Shown here: positions 26,424-39,581 of the stretch, one piece after another
Position numbering within the stretch: position 1 is the stretch's first letter
How the letters are laid out: each line of letters starts with the position of its first letter
Assembly: GCF_006345805.1 (NCBI RefSeq)
Contig: NC_042997.1
Coordinates: 23,436,001-23,500,000 of the forward strand
Direction of reading: 5' to 3'
Length of the DNA: 64,000 bases
Origin: Octopus sinensis
Taxonomy: Eukaryota
Notes under the pieces: model-generated
Told to the model about the DNA's origin: nothing
Databases searched by the model: none
The model's input: the letters and a program-made list of their open reading frames with translations, nothing else
Made by a program: the position numbers and the translations under genes

Positions 26424-26963
26424 TGCCTATGAGAACTGCTGTATGCTGATGACTTCACTCTTATTGCAGAATTGGAGAGGAAATTTCATGTATGGAAACA
26501 AAACCTAGAATCAAAGGGCCTTAAAGTTAACCTAGCAAAGACCAAAGTTGTTAGCAAGAAAGAAGATAAAACTCCCTTTCTCGAGTAAATGACCCTGCTC
26601 AATATGTAGTAAAGGAGTTGGAAGAGATTCTATTCATTATGTCTAGTGTAAACTATGGACACATAAGAGGTGCAGTAGAATCACAGGTAGATTAACAGAT
26701 AAAGCCATTTTTGTATGTGGCAGATGTGCAAGAACAGTAAGTACTAAGTACTCTTAGATTCTCTCAAATGCCCAGGAGGTTATCTTGAGGCTGTAGATAG
26801 CTTCTGTTACCCAGGTGACTAAATTAGCAATGTTGGAGGATGCTCTGAAAGTACTGTTTTTAGAATAAGAATAGGGCGAAAGAAGTCCAGAGAGTTATTA
26901 CTTCTGTTGGTAACAAAAGGACTGCCTCTCAGAGTAAAAGGTAGACTGTATGATGCTTGTGTA

Positions 26964-27881
26964 TAATAATAATAAAATAATAATAATAATAATAATTGTG
27001 TACAGTGCTCAGGTGCACTACAACTCATCTAAAGTGTATATATAATCAGGTGTAGTTTCGACGGATTTCGGAAAGCATGAGGGCCTTAAAGGATGCAGTG
27101 TCATGGCAGTCAACAACTGACGCAGGCAGTTTATTCCATGCTTCAGCAACTCTGAGCGTGAAAAAATGTTTCCGAAAGTCATGGGAGCTGTGTTGTTTTC
27201 TGACTTTGTAGGCATGTCCACGTGTGTTAGACACATGGAGATCAAAAAGGTGTTCAGTGTTGTTGTTGGTGAGGTGGTTGATAACTTTGTGGGTGTTTAC
27301 CAAGTCCGTCGCCAGACGCCGGAGCTTCAGTGAATCCATGCCCAGGGAAACAAGGCGCTCAGAATATGGTAGGTGTCTGATGGAGGGTATGCGTTTGGTT
27401 GCACGTCTCTGGACAGATTCCAGGAGGTCAATGTTCTGAGCAAGATAGGGATTCCAAACTGATGACGTGAATTCCAAGTGTGGTCGTACCATAGCTGTAT
27501 ACAGTTTTAAATAGATGGCTGGAGAGCGGCTAACAAAAGTCTTGCTGAGTGATGCCAAGACCCCCTTGGCCTTCTTGACAATTTTAGAGATATGCTTTGT
27601 CCAACACAAGTCACTGCTGACAGTGATGCCTAGGTCACGCTCGCAAGAGGATTTCTTGATATCAGTGTTGTGGAGGGAGTATGTGGACGCAGGGTTTTTT
27701 CTCCCAAAGTGCATGGTGGTACACTTGTCCACAGCCAGCTTCAGTTGCCAGTCTGTGATCCATTGCTGCATTGTGTCCAGGTCTGATTGCAGGAAAGAGT
27801 TGTAGACATCAGGATCAGTCCTCTTGATTTCAAGGTACAGCTTGATGTCGTCTGCATATTTCAATACTGTGGCATTCTTTA
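26964..27881 (-). mobile_element. Young 5'-truncated CR1 LINE (C-terminal half of RT open)
   Basis: About 278 uninterrupted codons: NATVLKYADDIKLY...LQSDLD...ERDLGI...LYTAMVRPHLEF..SVWNPY...LESVQRRATK...FFTLRVAEAWNKLP. There is an (ATT)n tail at 26964-26996. Confidence 0.92.
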
Positions 27882-29522
27882 ATGAACAGCTATACTCCCT
27901 GGTAGTGAGACGTGGATTCTGGAAGCAGAAGACATGTACAGAATGGAGAGAAATGAAGGTAATATGCTCCATTGGATGTGCAGCATCAGTGTGTATGCAC
28001 AACAAAGTGCAAATGTATTAAGAGAAAAGTTGGGCATAAGAGGAATCAAATGTAGCATGCAAGAGAGAAGACTACGTTGGTTTAGACATGTAATGCATAT
28101 GTAAGAGGGCAGCTGTATAAAGCAGTGCTAATCACTGAAAGTGGATGGTACCTGTGGAAGAGGGAGACCCAGGAAGACATGGAATGAAGTGGTAAGGATG
28201 TCAGGATGTTGGGCTTCACAGAGAAAATGACAATGGACCGAGATGTCTGGCAATATGAGGTTCTTTAGAAAACCCACCCACATCAGTGAAACTAAGTTCT
28301 AGAAGCACTCTGTGTTCCCCCCACATAGAAGCTTTTCACACACCCTACCCTAACAAACCAAACTACATCTCTTCTCTTCCTCACATTTCCTCCTTCATGC
28401 TCTATGCTTACCTCTCACTCCCCAATCCTGTCCTCTTGGCCCTGTCTCATTGTATCATTGCTATCTGCTAACCCCTGACCTGTATGTTCCACTCACACAT
28501 AACAAGAAAACTTTTCACACACCCTACCCCAACAAATCAAACTACAACTCTTCTCTTCTTCACATTTCCTCCTTCATATACTATGCTTACCTCTCACTCC
28601 CCAATCCTATCTTCACAGCCCTGTTTCTCTGTATCGTTGCTATTCGATAGCCCCACCCAACTCTATATACCCAGATTTTCACTACTCACTGCATTCCCTT
28701 TACCCACCTTCTACTCATGCTTCTTTGGCAATGTCCTGTCACATATATTATGATCTTTGAACCTCAAGGGTGTGCCCTAGCACTTGCCACCATATATCTC
28801 TCACTTCTTTTACTCAACCATCCCATTTATATTCTGATCCCCGACCCTTGTGAGTACACCCAGCACTTTGCCACCATCTCTATCCTACTGTCTCCCACTG
28901 TCTCTCTGTCTTCCTGCTGGTCTCTCAGGTTGAGCAACCATGCATCTCCTTTACAGCAGTACACTTGTTTCTGTCCTCATTCCTGATCTCTCTCTCTCTT
29001 TCTCCCCCCTCTCTCTCCTCTCTCTCTCTCTCTCTCCTCCCTCTCTCTCACCAAGTAACCTTGTACCTCCTCTACACCAAGACCTGTTTCTGTCTCTGTC
29101 TCACTATAACCTTCCATCATCTGATACAAGAATACTACCTCCAATGCCCCCTCCCCTCTCAAAAGATGCCACTTAAAAAGCATCCAGTCCACACTGTAAA
29201 GGGGTTGTTGTTTGAAAGGGCATCCAGCTGTAAAAACCTTGCCAAAACTGACCTCACCTGTGCTTGTGCCACATAAAAAGCACTCGGTCCACTCTGCTGG
29301 GTGGCCGGTGTTAGGAGGGGATTCCAGCCATAATAACCCTGCCAAAACAGACACAGAAGTCTAGTGCAGGTTTCTACTTGGTCGGCTCCTGTCAAACCAT
29401 CTCGTCCATGCCAGTATGGAAGGCAGACGTTAAACGATGATGATGATGATGATAATGATGTATATGTCTTTGTGTATAACACATATGTACATGCATACAT
29501 ATATGCATACAAACATACACAT

Positions 29523-29554
<32 letters not shown>

Positions 29555-29557
<3 letters not shown>

Positions 29558-29909
29558 GTTGTGGAAAATCAGCTGCTCAGTGGATGTTAACATAAAGCTG
29601 AAGATCAGTGAAAAAGACAATACCTATGCCGAACAATTGAGAAATCTGCAGTTGTTCTATCCAGATTACAAGTTCAGATTTATACCTGTAATTATTGTGG
29701 CACTGGGATATGTAACACACTGCCTAAATACAAATCTTGAGAAATTAGGATTCTTGAAACCAGAAAGGAGAAAGCTGATTTGCAGACTACAGATCTAGTC
29801 CATCACAGGAACTGTAGAAACCTGTAAAACTTACCAGAAGTTTATCATTTAAGTATATATGAGCATGTCTAGATATGCAAGTATATGCATGAAAAGACAT
29901 ACATAAAAC

Positions 29910-29947
<38 letters not shown>

Positions 29948-30050
29948 TACCCTATTGTTGATGGTGAAATTCCAATGAAGGTGCCTTGGGTCTAGATTAG
30001 AAACCGGCTCTTTCTCTATTGGCCAGAAATCTTGAAATAAAACTGAATAA
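29555..30050 (+). mobile_element. 3' end of an RLE-type (R4/Dong-like) non-LTR element
   Basis: ISCSVDVNI.LKISEKDNTY...LQLFYPDYKF..IPVIIVALG resembles the restriction-like endonuclease. The 3' UTR is shared with 5850-5935 and is followed by (CATA)n. Confidence 0.7.
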
Positions 30051-30151
30051 TAACATACATACATACATACATGCATACTTGCATACATACATACATACAT
30101 ACACACACATACATACATACATACATACATACATACACACACATACATACA

Positions 30152-30185
<34 letters not shown>

Positions 30186-30377
30186 CATACATACATACAT
30201 ACATACACACATGCAAGCACACACAAACATGCCCTTGAGATTCATGAAACTCCTATATGCTAGCAATATGGCTCTCATAACCAAGTCAAATTAAGTATTA
30301 GAATAAATATTCCATGCATGGAAGCAAAGCTAGAAAAAGAAGCCTGAAAGTAGCTCATGTCAAAAGTTTTATTAAGT

Positions 30378-30776
30378 ACTAGCAGTATCGCCCGGCGTTG
30401 CTCGGGTTTGTAAGGGAAATAACTATATAAGCATTTTTGGAGATGTAAAGTATAATAGCCATCTCAATATGGCTAACCACAAAGGGGGGGATGTTACTGT
30501 AGCTTTTTACGTTCTGAGATTTAATAATACACTTTTAGAGAGTTACTTCCCTTATATAATAGCAAAAAAATGCATTAAAAATGGGAAAAAATGATGGTAA
30601 ATTTTTTTTTAAATCGTAGACTCATCGTAGATGCACACTAATACCCAGAAGGGCTCGATATGAATCACGACTATAAGATACCCGTTTTTGGTTACACTGC
30701 ACCGCAAAATGTGGGAGTAGTTAGGAATCTAAATTGTAGGAGACAGACATACAACTTCACTTTTATATATAAAGAT
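30378..30776 (+). mobile_element. Helentron-type non-autonomous element, subfamily 1
   Basis: Starts ACTAGCAGTATCGCCCGGCGTTGCTCGGG (subterminal inverted repeat) and ends TTTTATATATAAAGAT. A near-identical copy lies at 58162-58551 (-). Confidence 0.8.
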
Positions 30777-31921
30777 GAGCAAATACAGAATTCTGCTGCC
30801 ATTTGGCAGTAAATTAGCTATGCTCCATATGTAGTAAAGGAAACTGTAGGAATTCAATACTGTTGATAATGTAAACTATAGATGCTCACAAAGTGAAGTG
30901 GAAACACATACAGGGTAACAGAGTAAGATTTCTTGTGTAGAAAATTCACAGAAGTTAGTAGTAATAGTATATCTGAAGTGAACTCTTTCAATTGCCTGAA
31001 AGTTTGATCAAAGTTTTTGACAGTAAGGTGACATAATCAGTTGTAGTGGCAGGGGTTGCAAAAGTATAGTAATTATACTAAGAATAGGCTAGAAAACTTT
31101 CAGGTAGTTATTATTTCTGTCAGTAACAAAAGGCTTATCTTATCCAGTGAGGCAAGATCATAAAATGTTTTTGTATGCTAGCAAAACATGAACATTGAAT
31201 AGACAGAGTATGTGAAAGCCAGAAAGAAATGAAGTGTGTGTACTCCACTTAATGTGTAACAATAACTTACTAATGTTCAAATTCTTTATCAGTGATACAT
31301 GAACAGATTATCTTATATCATGACATTACACGCATTTGTTGTAACATATATGGGAGAGGAATGTTCATGTGTACTTAGTGCATGCATATGGGTGTAGATG
31401 CAGCCAAGTGATCAAAGGGTCATTTTGTAATTAAAGATTTTGGGTCACTGTGTTCCATCATGTTGATAGATACATACACAAACACACATATGATGGGCTT
31501 TTTTCAGTTTCTGCCAACCAAATCCACTCACAAAGCTTTATTCAGCCTGAGGCTACAGTAGAAAATTGCCTAAGACACTATGCAGTGGGACTGAACCTAG
31601 AACCATGTGATCAAGAAGCAAACTTCTTACCGCACAATCATGCTTGTGGCTATATACCATCTTTGTTACAAACAACTAGATCACATTGATGCTGTGTAAA
31701 GATCTCATTAAGGATACACATGTCTATGAAATACTCAGCCACATGTATTATTCATTGAGTTGATAATTCAGTTGACGGAATATTCTGGTTACTAACTGGA
31801 TGATTCAATTACAAAACCGGGCAAGGTGGCGAGATGGTGTGAGGGCAGTTGCTATGGCATTGAGGTAGATCCAGCCACCCCCATTAATGGGGACAAAACC
31901 CTGATTTAAAACACTGGATGA

Positions 31922-31955
<34 letters not shown>

Positions 31956-33039
31956 GGTGGTGGTGGTGGTGATGATGATGATGATGAGGATGATGATGAT
32001 GATGACAATGAAGGAGCCATTAACTTTTTGTTGCAGACATGATGGGCATCCAACTGTAGAAAATCTGCCTCTACAAATACCATCTGACTCATGCAAGCAT
32101 GGAAAAGTGGATGTTAAATGATGATGATGATGACAACGATGATATACACCTCTCTTTATTTTCTCTCTCACACTCATTATTTCTTTATCCCTCTCTCTCT
32201 TTCTTTCTTTATTTTTCTCTCCTGCCCTCTCTGTCTATCTGTCTGTCTCTCTCAAACACACACAAACACATGTGCACACACACATACATACATGCAAACA
32301 CAAACACATATACACATATATACAGACACAAACACATTGGGTGGGAAATCTATAAGCCCAACATAGCATTTAGTTTATTACCACCACTTTGCCTATGGTG
32401 TCCTTTAATGGAGTTCACTATAGTGTAAGTATTCAGCCAACTTAATTCCTCACCTGATCATGTTTCTTGTGAACATATACAGGCTTGATATGAGTCATAT
32501 ATCAATCTCACCTGTCTGTAAAGGTATGCACTGCGCTTTGTCTTTATTTTAGTTGTCTATTTTATATTGCAATTTGTGAACAATAGTATCATTCCTTATT
32601 GGTTGACAATTGGATAACCATTGTTTTCTGATGATAAGAGTAACAAGGAAGAGCTTTCTTCAATGCAGAAGAAATATCTCAAAAGAAATTGTTTTTTATC
32701 TTTTGTAATTTTCTGACCAAAGATTATATCCTTGCTGGACATACAATGGTGGAAGACACATCATACACACACTCATGCATGCATGCACACACACACGCAC
32801 GCATGCACACACACACACGCATAAAATCAAGGCTATAGTAGAAAACATTTATCAGGTGCAGCACAGTAGATTGAACCCTGAAGCACCCACTTACAACCTA
32901 AACACTACATGCCAAATTCACTTTGACTCCATGAATAGTGACCTCCAATGTATCTTCTTATGGGAAAATAACTATCATGTCTCTTGCAAAAAACACAAAC
33001 ATTATACATTTCAAAAAAAAAAAAAGCACCATTGTGTCA

Positions 33040-33500
33040 GCCACCCTAATCAGCTCTCAGCTAGAGCCCTGACAATCTCTCTAATTATTGGCACAATTAT
33101 TGAGAGACTCTATTGACAAAAGCACATCCTCGACATAGTTGGGACCACATTCCAGTAACTGAGTCTTTTCTCCAGAGCTGGCATATATAGTTCAACACCC
33201 AACAATTACTGCTACTCTATAAAGCTTAGATTGGAAATATTGCTCTTACCTGAGGGATGGTGGTGGTGGTGCTAGACACACAGAAATCCTAGACTGCATC
33301 AAGAAAAGGGCCATACTACTGATTGGTATAAAGACACTCACAGATATGCTCAAGCCTCTGGCCCTCTCTGCCTTTTCTACTGCTAATACTCTTCAGGGTT
33401 GACTGGGCTCATGCCATCTCCACTCAGACATTCCCATCCCACTTGCCTCTCATGCTCTCATCACTCTAGCACTCTAGTTGTGTCCAACCAATAGGCACTA
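33040..33500 (+). mobile_element. Very old CR1/L2-group LINE fragment
   Basis: Frameshifted LYKA.I...YCSYL.DG....LDCIKKRAILLIG. Confidence 0.45.
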
Positions 33501-33509
33501 ATCACTAGT

Positions 33510-33670
33510 CACATCAAAGGAGCCCTTGGGGTTAGATTGCTTGACCCATGTCGAAACTTTGCCGAACAACACTGTCTTCCTGGCATGCATGATAACTCTA
33601 ACATCACTATCACTAATATCTGTGGAACCCTTACCAAAGGAAAGTGCCTTTATCAATAACTCTTTTGTAG
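33510..33670 (-). mobile_element. Penelope-like RT fragment
   Basis: Diverged direct copy of 39410-39555 (KELLIKALS.GK..T.ISDSDVRVIMHARKTVLFG..TWVK). Confidence 0.75.
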
Positions 33671-33875
33671 AACATATTAGCCCAATGGAATTTAATTCTG
33701 TTCATGTCTTTCCTGCAAGTCTTAGTAAACAAAGGTTTGAAAGAAACAAGCAATTTGAAAAAAAAAAAAGAGAAAGGAAGAAAATTTAATGGCTTCAAAG
33801 ATTTAGAGTGTCATGCAAGTACTGTAACATTTAATGTGGTGGCACATTTTGTCCATCATTTTCTTTCCTTTCATT

Positions 33876-34867
33876 GCAGACACCCATAAAATTATCAACC
33901 ATCGTACAAACAATAACTCTGAGCACCTTTTCAAACTCCACCTGTCTAACACCCGTGGACATATTTACAAAGTTAGAAAACAGCACAGCTCCCATGACTT
34001 CAGGAAACATTTTTTCATGCTGAGAGTTGCTGAAGCATGGAACAAACTGCTGGCATCAGTTGTCAGTTGTCGGAGCACTGCATCCTTCAAAACTTCCATG
34101 CTTTCTGAGATTCGCCAACACTACACCTGATTTTCTCCCCTCCATACACACGCAAGCATGTATCCGACTCATGCATTGTTCGCTTTCCAGACATTTGTAC
34201 ATTACTGCATATACTCTGACAAGTTGTGGTGCACCTGAGCACTGTATACAATAATTTCATTATATTATATTATATTTATTATTCCACACAATCAAGACCC
34301 AAATTCTCGAAATCATGCATGGCAGACCTTTCATTGCAGCAATCAGAATATGACACACATCTACAAGGATTCAATACCACCACTGCTGTAGCTTTCTATC
34401 TCATGAATGCACGCATGTTGTATAGACAGGAACAGTTATGTTTCTTTGGTTGGCCATATAGCTGTGTTTTTCACTGAAATGTCATTAGCATCTTGGAGGT
34501 GAAATCTTTGTTCCACCATACTGGTGTGTCTTCATTTTCATGAAGGTTCATGGCAGGAGATATTCAATCTTAGGAAAATGGGAGAAAATACATCAAAGAG
34601 GATATACTTGATAGTTATTTCTTTACTACCGACAAGGGGCTAAACACAGAGAGGACAAACAAGGACAGACACACGGGTTAAGTCGGTTATATCGACCCCA
34701 GTGCGTAACTGGTACTTATTTAATCGACCCCGAAAGGATGAAAGGCAAAGTCGACCTCAGCGGAATTTGAACTCAGAATGTAGCGGCAGACGAAATACTG
34801 CTAAGCATTTCTCCCGGCGCGCAAACGGATATACTTGAATAGTGACTCAACAACCATCAACACCATG

Positions 34868-34906
<39 letters not shown>

Positions 34907-37900
34907 TGTGTGTGTGTGTGGGCGCGCGCGTGTGTGTGTGTGTGTGTGTGTGTGGGCGCGCGCGCGTGTGTGTGTGTGTGTGTGTGTGTGTGTACATGCA
35001 AGCATATGTGTGTGAAACTGCTCTGACAATTTTATCGGTTTTGATTATTATATCCATATTTCATAGCCATACAGCAAAACAGACAAAATGCGGATTTTGA
35101 AAATAAACACATATGAAGCCAGTATAGGATTAACAGATATTTAGTAAAAATGTTAGGTGGCATAGAAATACTCAAAGTGGTGAATGACACACTGTAAGTT
35201 GGCTATGAATGGATAACCTTGTGGTCTTTAGCTGTAGTGCAAGCAGCCTGTCTAAGGAAAGATCAATCTAAATATAAACTTGTTGCTCAAACCAATATAA
35301 GCTTAGATTTGCAATTCCAAATTATCATAGTATTTGTTTCGGTGAATTTTATCTATGGCCATATAAAGCGAAATGATACTACACAAGCCATTCACACACA
35401 CACACACACACACACACTTACACACATAGTCACTAATACAGACATCAGAAAAGAAGCACACTCTAAAGAATAAAGCAGTAATTATTACAACAAAAGTTTA
35501 AATTTTGGACATAGAATTACCAAAGGTTTCGTATCCACAAAGCCAAAGCCTTTTGGACAGCTTATCAGACTCTATACAAAGACAAAAAATTAAACTTTCA
35601 ACATTGCGGATGTGAGGAAACGCTTAGAAATTGAGATTTATGTCTGAACATATAAAAATATTAATGAGGACGGGTTGTCTCCCCTTATAGACCTCATAAA
35701 GCCTAACCAGTAAACAGGGAAATCCAATTTTCCAGTAGATAGCGCTTGAATCTGATAATATTGCTGTTTGATGGTACATTGCTGATAATAATAATAATGA
35801 AATTATTGTATACAGTGCTCAGATGTGCCACAACTTGTCAGAAAGTGCATATAAAGTACATGCAGTAATGTAGAAATGTCTGGAAAGCGAACAGTGTATG
35901 AGTCAGATACATGCTTGTGTGTGTATGGAGGGGAGAAAATCAAGTGTAGTGTTGGCGAATCTCAGGAAGCATGGAAGTTTTGAAGGATGCAGTGCTCCGA
36001 CAACTAACAACTGATGCTGGCAGTTTGTTCCATGCTTCAGCAACTCTCAGTGCGAAAAAATGCTTCAAACTCCACCCATCTAACACCCGTGGACATATTT
36101 ACAAAGAAAGAAAACAGCACAGCTCCCATGACTTCAGGAAGCATTTTTTCGCACTGAGAGTTGCTGAAGCATGGAACAAACTGCCAGCATCAGTTGTTAG
36201 TTGTCGGAGCACTGCATCCTTCAAAACTTCCATGCTTCCTGAGATTCGCCAACACTACACTTGATTTTCTCCCCTCCATACACACACAAGCATGTATCTG
36301 ACTCATACACTGTTCGCTTTCCAGACATTTCTACATTACTGCATGTACTTTATATGCACTTTCTGACAAGTTGTGGCACATCTGAGCACTGTATACAATA
36401 ATTTCATTATTATTATTATCAGCAATGTACCATCAAACAGCAATATTATCAGATTCAAGCGCTATCTACTGGAAAATTGGATTTCCCTGTTTACTGGTTA
36501 GGCTTTATGAGGTCTATAAGGGGAGACAACCCGTCCTCATTAATTTTTTATATGTTCAGACATAAATCTCAATTTCTAAGCGTTTCCTCACATCCGCAAT
36601 GTTGAAAGTTTAATTTTTTGTCTTTGTATAGAGTCTGATAGCTCCAAAAGGCTTTGGCTTTGTGGATACGAAACCTTTGGTAATTCTATGTCCAAAATTT
36701 AAACTTTTGTTGTAATAATTACTGCTTTATTCTTTAGAGTGTGCTTCTTTTCTGATGTCTGTATTAGTGACTATGTGTGTAAGTGTGTGTGTGTGTGTGT
36801 GTGTGTGAATGGCTTGTGTAGTATCATTTCGCTTTATATGGCCATAGATAAAAATCACCGAAACAAATACTATGATAATTTGGAATTGCAAATCTAAGCT
36901 TATATTGGTTTGAGCAACAAGTTTATATTTAGATTGATCTTTCCTTAGACAGGCTGCTTGCACTGCAGTTAAAGACCACAAGGTTATCCATTCATAGCCA
37001 ACTTACAGTGTGTCATTCACCACTTTGAGTATTCCTATGCCACCTAACGTTTTTACTAAATATCTGTTAATCCTATACTGGCTTCATATGTGTTTATTTT
37101 CAAAATCCACATTTTGTCTGTTTTGCTGTATGGCTATGAAATATGGATATAATAATCAAAACCGATAAAATTGTCAGAGCAGTTTCACACACATATGCTT
37201 GCATGTACACACACACATATGCTTGCATGTACACACACACACCACACACACACACACGCGCGCGCGCCCACACACACACACACACATCATGGTGTTGATG
37301 GTTGTTGAGTCACTATTCAAGTATACCCGTTTGCGCGCCGGGAGAAATGCTTAGCAGTATTTCGTCTGCCGCTACATTCTGAGTTCAAATTCCGCTGAGG
37401 TCGACTTTGCCTTTCATCCTTTCGGGGTCGATTAAATAAGTACCAGTTACGCACTGGGGTCGATATAACCGACTTAACCCGTGTGTCTGTCCTTGTTTGT
37501 CCTCTCTGTGTTTAGCCCCTTGTCGGTAGTAAAGAAATAACTATCAAGTATATCCTCTTTGATGTATTTTCTCCCATTTTCCTAAGATTGAATATCTCCT
37601 GCCATGAACCTCATGAAAATGAAGACACACCAGTATGGTGGAACAAAGATTTCACCTCCAAGATGCTAATGACATTTCAGTGAAAAACACAGCTATATGG
37701 CCAACCAAAGAAACATAACTGTTCCTGTCTATACAACATGCGTGCATTCATGAGATAGAAAGCTACAGCAGTGGTGGTATTGAATCCTTGTAGATGTGTG
37801 TCATATTCTGATTGCTGCAATGAAAGGTCTGCCATGCATGATTTCGAGAAATTTGGGTCTTGATTTGTGCTGGAATAAATATAATATAATATAATGAAAT

Positions 37901-38278
37901 TATTGTATACAGTGCTCAGGTGCACCACAACTTGTCAGAGTATATGCAGTAATGTACAAATGTCTGGAAAGCGAACAATGCATGAGTCGGATACATGCTT
38001 GCGTGTGTATGGAGGGGAGAAAATCAGGTGTAGTGTTGGCGAATCTCAGAAAGCATGGAAGTTTTGAAGGATGCAGTGCTCCGACAACTGACAACTGATG
38101 CCAGCAGTTTGTTCCATGCTTCAGCAACTCTCAGCATGAAAAAATGTTTCCTGAAGTCATGGGAGCTGTGCTGTTTTCTAACTTTGTAAATATGTCCACG
38201 GGTGTTAGACAGGTGGAGTTTGAAAAGGTGCTCAGAGTTATTGTTTGTACGATGGTTGATAATTTTATGGGTGTCTGC
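33876..38278. repeat. 4.4-kb inverted duplication (arms 33876-36066 and 36138-38278; 71-bp spacer)
   Basis: The arms are reverse complements along their whole length. Each contains a CR1 3' end, unique DNA, a SINE A, (TG)n(CG)n, a Penelope-related piece and a second CR1 3' end. They differ by scattered transitions, small indels and microsatellite length. Confidence 0.95.
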
Positions 38279-38611
38279 TAAGTCAGCTGCCAGACATCGG
38301 AGTTTCAATGTGTCCATGCCCAGGGAAGTAAGGCGTTCAGGATATGGCAAATGCCTGATGGAGGGTATTCTTTTGGTTGCACGTCGCTGAACAGCTTCCA
38401 GACGATTGATATCCTAGTCATGATAGGGGTTCCAGACTGGTGATGCAAATTCCAGGTGAGGTCTTACCATAGCTATATAAAGCCGCAGAAAGATAGCCAG
38501 AGAGCGGCTCACAAAGGATTTGGTGAGTGATGCCAAGACACCCTCAGCCTTCTTGACAATTTTAGCGATGTGTTTTGTCCAACGCAAATCACTGTCGACA
38601 ATAACACCCAG
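38279..38611 (-). mobile_element. CR1 LINE continuing 5' beyond the right arm of the inverted duplication
   Basis: LGVIVDSDLRWTKHIAKIVKKAEGVLASL...VRPHLEFASPVWNP...VQRRATKRIP, contiguous with 37890-38278. Confidence 0.85.
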
Positions 38612-39581
38612 GTATAGCAGATCTAGGTGTCACCGTAGCTTTGTAGATGACTCCTTCAACCTTATTTCAGTCTCTTTCTGGACACTTATTATATACCCTG
38701 CAAGAACAACCTGCCTCCTCTCTTGTATTGTTAAAATGTTTTTTTATGTTAGGAGCACAACTAAAGGAGAATCTTAGGTCGTGCCTCTTAAATAATTGCC
38801 TGTATCTATGTGTGTGTGTGTGAAATGTTTGTCTATTCATCTAAGGAAAATCCTTCCCACACAAGTCTTGACGTTGAGCGAGAAGGGTGGAGCAAACCAA
38901 ACAACATTTCTGTGGTGATTCCTTTTCTGGGTGCTAGGGCCTGGCATGTAGGAGATGCAGTCCTTAAACCCACTCAATGCCAGTGCCACATTGTAGTAGG
39001 GGGCAGTGGCGTTGAAGATATCTTAACTCGATGATAGATTCAAGATCCTCTTGCTTGGACCTTTCACTAGGTTTTTGAAAACTAGAGGAGGGTTGCAGGG
39101 AGATGTGCTAATATAAGACAGTTTTTCATTTGGTTTGTGATAGGGTCTGTATGTACCAGAGCCCAGATTTAAAGTAACATCTAAAAAATCTACTGTGGTG
39201 AGATTAGTCTCAATGGTGATCTTGAGTCCCATTGAGCCTAAGATGCTAATTAGGTCCTTTCTAAGTCTATCTAGTGTGTACCCATTAGCTTCTCTAGAGA
39301 TGGCTAGGGTGTCATCTCAGTAGAGACTGAAGAGGACCAGGATGTACAGTCCAATAAGATCACAGATATTGGTGCTGTCATATGCTCCCATAGTCATATC
39401 AAAGGAGCCCTTGGGGTCAGATTGCTTGACCCATGTCGAATCTTTGCCAAACAGCACCGTCTTTCTGGCATGCATGATAACTCTAACATCACTATCACTA
39501 ATATCTGTGAAACCCTTACCAAAGGAAAGTGCCTTTATCAATAACTCTTTTGAAATCTATGGATAAAAGTTGACAATGTCC
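38612..39581 (-). mobile_element. Penelope-like element pol (RT core to start of GIY-YIG), motifs resembling the Naiad group
   Basis: DIVNFYP, FDMTMGAYDSTNICDLIGLYIL, LY*DD, VDFLDVTLNL..TYRPY.KPN, RNVVWFAPPFSLNVKT.VG.IFL..IDKHF, SFSCAPN, CSCR...CP....EGVIYKATV. The ORF has stops and frameshifts. Confidence 0.85.

Larger units (their letters stand above)
24585..28290 (+). mobile_element. Old RTE LINE split into three pieces (24585-24968, 26424-26963, 27882-28290) by younger insertions
   Basis: The RT reading (DEMQFSF, HQGSVLS.LLFII, ELLYADD, IRIGRK, SETW..E, ERRLRWF.HV) continues across both interruptions and is co-linear with the RTE at 40375-41720. Confidence 0.8.

Noticed and set aside
29849-30294. 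ORFs rich in MYVC/HTYI/IYLS repeats (also 20333-21045, 31805-32177, 34801-35100, 57778-58229, 62606-62955)
   Set aside because: These are translations of microsatellites.
38612-39319. In-frame TGA codons (39317-39319 and 38667-38669) and a SECIS-like hairpin at 38612-38662 in a Naiad-like element, suggesting selenocysteine recoding
   Set aside because: Both TGAs align to Arg in sibling copies (LYRDD at ~55680; CPVGGRC at ~39590), so they are ordinary nonsense mutations. The hairpin is coding sequence (EGVIYKATV) and lacks a proper UGAN/NGAN quartet.
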